NCBI GenBank assembly: GCA_963663765.2 | Contig: CAXXUA010000006.1 | Span: forward strand, 96,001-160,000 | From: Candidatus Poribacteria bacterium | Lineage (GTDB): Bacteria > Poribacteria > WGA-4E > WGA-3G | DNA length: 64,000 nucleotides | Reading direction: 5' to 3' | In this document: positions 61,738 through 64,000 of the stretch, piece after piece | Position numbering within the stretch: position 1 is the stretch's first letter | Layout of the letters: each line of letters opens with the position of its first letter | Translations under genes and position numbers: made by a program | Notes under the pieces: model-generated | What the model was told of the DNA's origin: nothing | Seen by the model: the letters and a program-made list of their open reading frames with translations, nothing else | The model's database searches: none

Positions 61738-61947
61738 GTAGGCGTGCTTTGGAAGCGCGCACCGCTTGCAGGCGGGGAATGCCTAAATGGCATTCATACC
61801 GTTGATTTGGTGCTTTGTAAGCGCGCCCACTTGCACCTCTTGCAGGCGTGCTTTGTAAGCGCGCCCTCTTGCACCTCTTGCAGGCGTGCTTTGTAAGCGC
61901 GCCCTCTTGCACCTCTTGCAGGCGTGCTTTGTAAGCGCGCCCCTCTT
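61738..61947 (+). repeat. REP-like cluster with 38-bp tandem units (CACCTCTTGCAGGCGTGCTTTGTAAGCGCGCCCTCTTG); similar cluster at 51731-51925
   Basis: Directly visible downstream of both WD40 paralogues. Confidence 0.8.
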
Positions 61948-62178
61948 GTGAGAGAGGTTTCAAACCCCGAATGTCTGCGCGCCCTCTTGTCTGAACCAGG
62001 ATTTTCAGGATTTACAGATTAGCAGGATAAGATTTCTGTGACTAATGTTATTGCTTAGATGAAACTTTTTCTATGTGATATAACCTCTGGCACCTGTTAT
62101 TGTAACATGGAACTCACAAAAGAAAAAGGCAGATACCCAAAAAGGATACCTGTCTGTTAGTTTTCAAGGCAATAGTTT

Positions 62179-63804
62179 TCAGTCAACTGTCACATCTTTA
62201 AAAACATCATACGGAACACCCCACGCATCACCCAATCCACTGTTATTAAACGGATACACACGTAAAGTGAATTTATACGTCCCAGATGCAGCAGATGCCG
62301 GAAATGAATAATTTACTGGTAACGAATACGTCGTCGCATCGCTATTCCCAGAAGTCCTATCGATTTTCGTGCCATATTTATTATCCTCATCATAGGTGCG
62401 ATCTGGAAAATATATATACAGATCCGCACCGATAATCGGTGCATTGGCAGTGGCAGTCATGGACACAGAACCTGTGCTGCTGGTATACGTCAAAGATAAA
62501 CTCGGTGTAAAGACTGCAGGTGGCGGTGGCACGGGATATGTGTCCGTATGTTGACAAATATAGAAATTCGTACCTGTACACACACCAACACCATTCGTTG
62601 TCGTACAACTCACCTTGTAGACATGATACATCGAATTTATAGTCAAATCCGTATGACCGCACCCATACGTAGTATGCGGTTGACACTCATAAAACGTTCC
62701 AAAATATCCCGTGATTTGCGTTGCATGGGTACTCCCTGTTTGACATGCAAATAACTCAATATGAGAATGAGATGAATCGCCACACGGTGGAGTTATACGT
62801 GAATGATCACCCGATTGCCAAGACTCATGAGAATCACACACATGGTAGGTTGCGGTTGTAGCGTCCTCATCGTCATCATCCGAATCGCCAGCATCCGCAC
62901 TCTCATCACTACTATCAGAATGGAGTTTTGTCCCACGCCTCAAACGTCTTAAATCATGATCATACTTCAACTTCATGCACCTTCTATAACTTTCGCCGCA
63001 AACATCTTCATTTCCATCTCTATCTATTGCCATAAGTTTGCACTCACGGATTCTATGCTTACTGACTTCTATTGGATCACAAGTGTAGTAATGAATTCCA
63101 TCCCCCGAAATCAATGTCTTATTTCCGTTTTCATCCTCCTCATCGCCACATGTCTGTTGATGCGTATAGAACGCCTTGTTTGGTGTGTTATACGACTCGT
63201 CACAAACCGTCTTACCCGCAAGGTAATTCCCTCTACAGGAAAAAGATGGTAAATTATCTCTACACGTATACGATGTCAAAGAAGACACGGTATGGTTGGG
63301 TTCACTAGGTGAATCGTGGCTTTCTGCCTCATGCAACTTGACAACTTGTAAGGCAACTTTATGAGAACCTTTATAACGGCTAACAGTGGAATTGAAAATC
63401 TCTATCTCTTCCTTCAATGCCTCAAGTACATCACTATAAAATGTAGACAGATCAATTAATCTATAATGGTCTTTAAGTGCCTTCTCTGCGTCTGTCTCAA
63501 AAAAACCTAATAACCTAGCAGCTGTCAATACCAGTCCATCACCCAAATACTTTTCTATAGCACTCCCCATACTTTGCAAACGCACTTCGTCTAGTGCATC
63601 ATCCCAATTATCACTTACTTCATCTTCAACATCCCACGCTCCATTTACATCAATTTTTTGATTAATGACATGGATTTCCATCTTGCGCAAGTCTTCAAAA
63701 GCGTTCTCAACATATTCTTCATAGTTTGCTTCCGATGACACGGTGAATAGAGAAAAACAGATAGAAAAAAAGTAAAGGTTAATCTTAAAAATAGTCTCAT
63801 TCAT
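62179..63804 (-). CDS. Hypothetical secreted protein with a Cys/His-rich middle and a C-terminal beta domain
   Basis: AGGAGG RBS before MNETIF; signal-like FFSICFSLFTVSSEA; many C/H motifs; acidic linker. Confidence 0.7.
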   Translation of the reverse strand: MNETIFKINLYFFSICFSLFTVSSEANYEEYVENAFEDLRKMEIHVINQKIDVNGAWDVEDEVSDNWDDALDEVRLQSMGSAIEKYLGDGLVLTAARLLGFFETDAEKALKDHYRLIDLSTFYSDVLEALKEEIEIFNSTVSRYKGSHKVALQVVKLHEAESHDSPSEPNHTVSSLTSYTCRDNLPSFSCRGNYLAGKTVCDESYNTPNKAFYTHQQTCGDEEDENGNKTLISGDGIHYYTCDPIEVSKHRIRECKLMAIDRDGNEDVCGESYRRCMKLKYDHDLRRLRRGTKLHSDSSDESADAGDSDDDDEDATTATYHVCDSHESWQSGDHSRITPPCGDSSHSHIELFACQTGSTHATQITGYFGTFYECQPHTTYGCGHTDLTINSMYHVYKVSCTTTNGVGVCTGTNFYICQHTDTYPVPPPPAVFTPSLSLTYTSSTGSVSMTATANAPIIGADLYIYFPDRTYDEDNKYGTKIDRTSGNSDATTYSLPVNYSFPASAASGTYKFTLRVYPFNNSGLGDAWGVPYDVFKDVTVD

Positions 63805-63814
63805 GATATACCTC

Positions 63815-64000
63815 CTATTTTGGTAACGGGAAATTTGAGCGTTGTCGTTTGGGACGAAGGATGTTTTCATCTAACGTGCCTCGTCCCCATGTTAATTTAA
63901 TTAAGTCAGTCAACCGGGCATTTTCCCACAAAAATTGTTTGTATACCTCACTGGGAGGCACTCTATCTTCAATTGTAAATGTATCCAATCGTTCATTCAA
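63815..64000 (-). CDS. 3' end of a hypothetical gene entering from beyond the window
   Basis: Open frame to the window edge, stopping 10 nt before the next start. Confidence 0.45.
   Translation of the reverse strand: MNERLDTFTIEDRVPPSEVYKQFLWENARLTDLIKLTWGRGTLDENILRPKRQRSNFPLPK

Overview
This is a low-GC bacterial chromosome segment. It probably comes from Ca. Poribacteria; that is inferred from signal-peptide WD40 proteins with a 'QDYTQWNLPEGAKARLGKG' cap and a cohesin/dockerin protein ending in a 'NFPNPFNPETWIPY' domain. Housekeeping genes include purC, disA, a cyclophilin, a KamA-type radical SAM enzyme, pdxJ, a DUF58 protein and a DtxR-regulated TroABCD/VIT1 metal operon. Accessory blocks lie between them: a decaying defence-like hotspot (AAA-TOPRIM nuclease, RelE-type toxin-antitoxin pair, two HsdS 3' remnants, nested IS982/IS4-like elements), a tandem array of seven VOC-fold paralogues, a ~4.3 kb island bracketed by ~0.53 kb direct repeats, and a cluster of repeat-built secreted proteins (three WD40 propellers and an 11-repeat Ig-like/cohesin/dockerin protein). 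Intergenic DNA is dense in MITEs of at least four terminal-repeat classes. Target-site duplications are visible for most, they carry GTAGG-footed REP-like hairpins, and some are nested three deep. One MITE class shares its ends with an intact IS701 in the window. The best candidates for an undescribed system are (1) the seven-gene array of apparently non-metal VOC proteins, (2) secreted WD40/Ig scaffolds whose variation concentrates at ligand-face positions, (3) REP-carrying MITE families, and (4) an Rpn gene with a nested in-frame small ORF. No rRNA, tRNA or CRISPR array was recognised. All family assignments come from reading motifs by eye, not from database searches.
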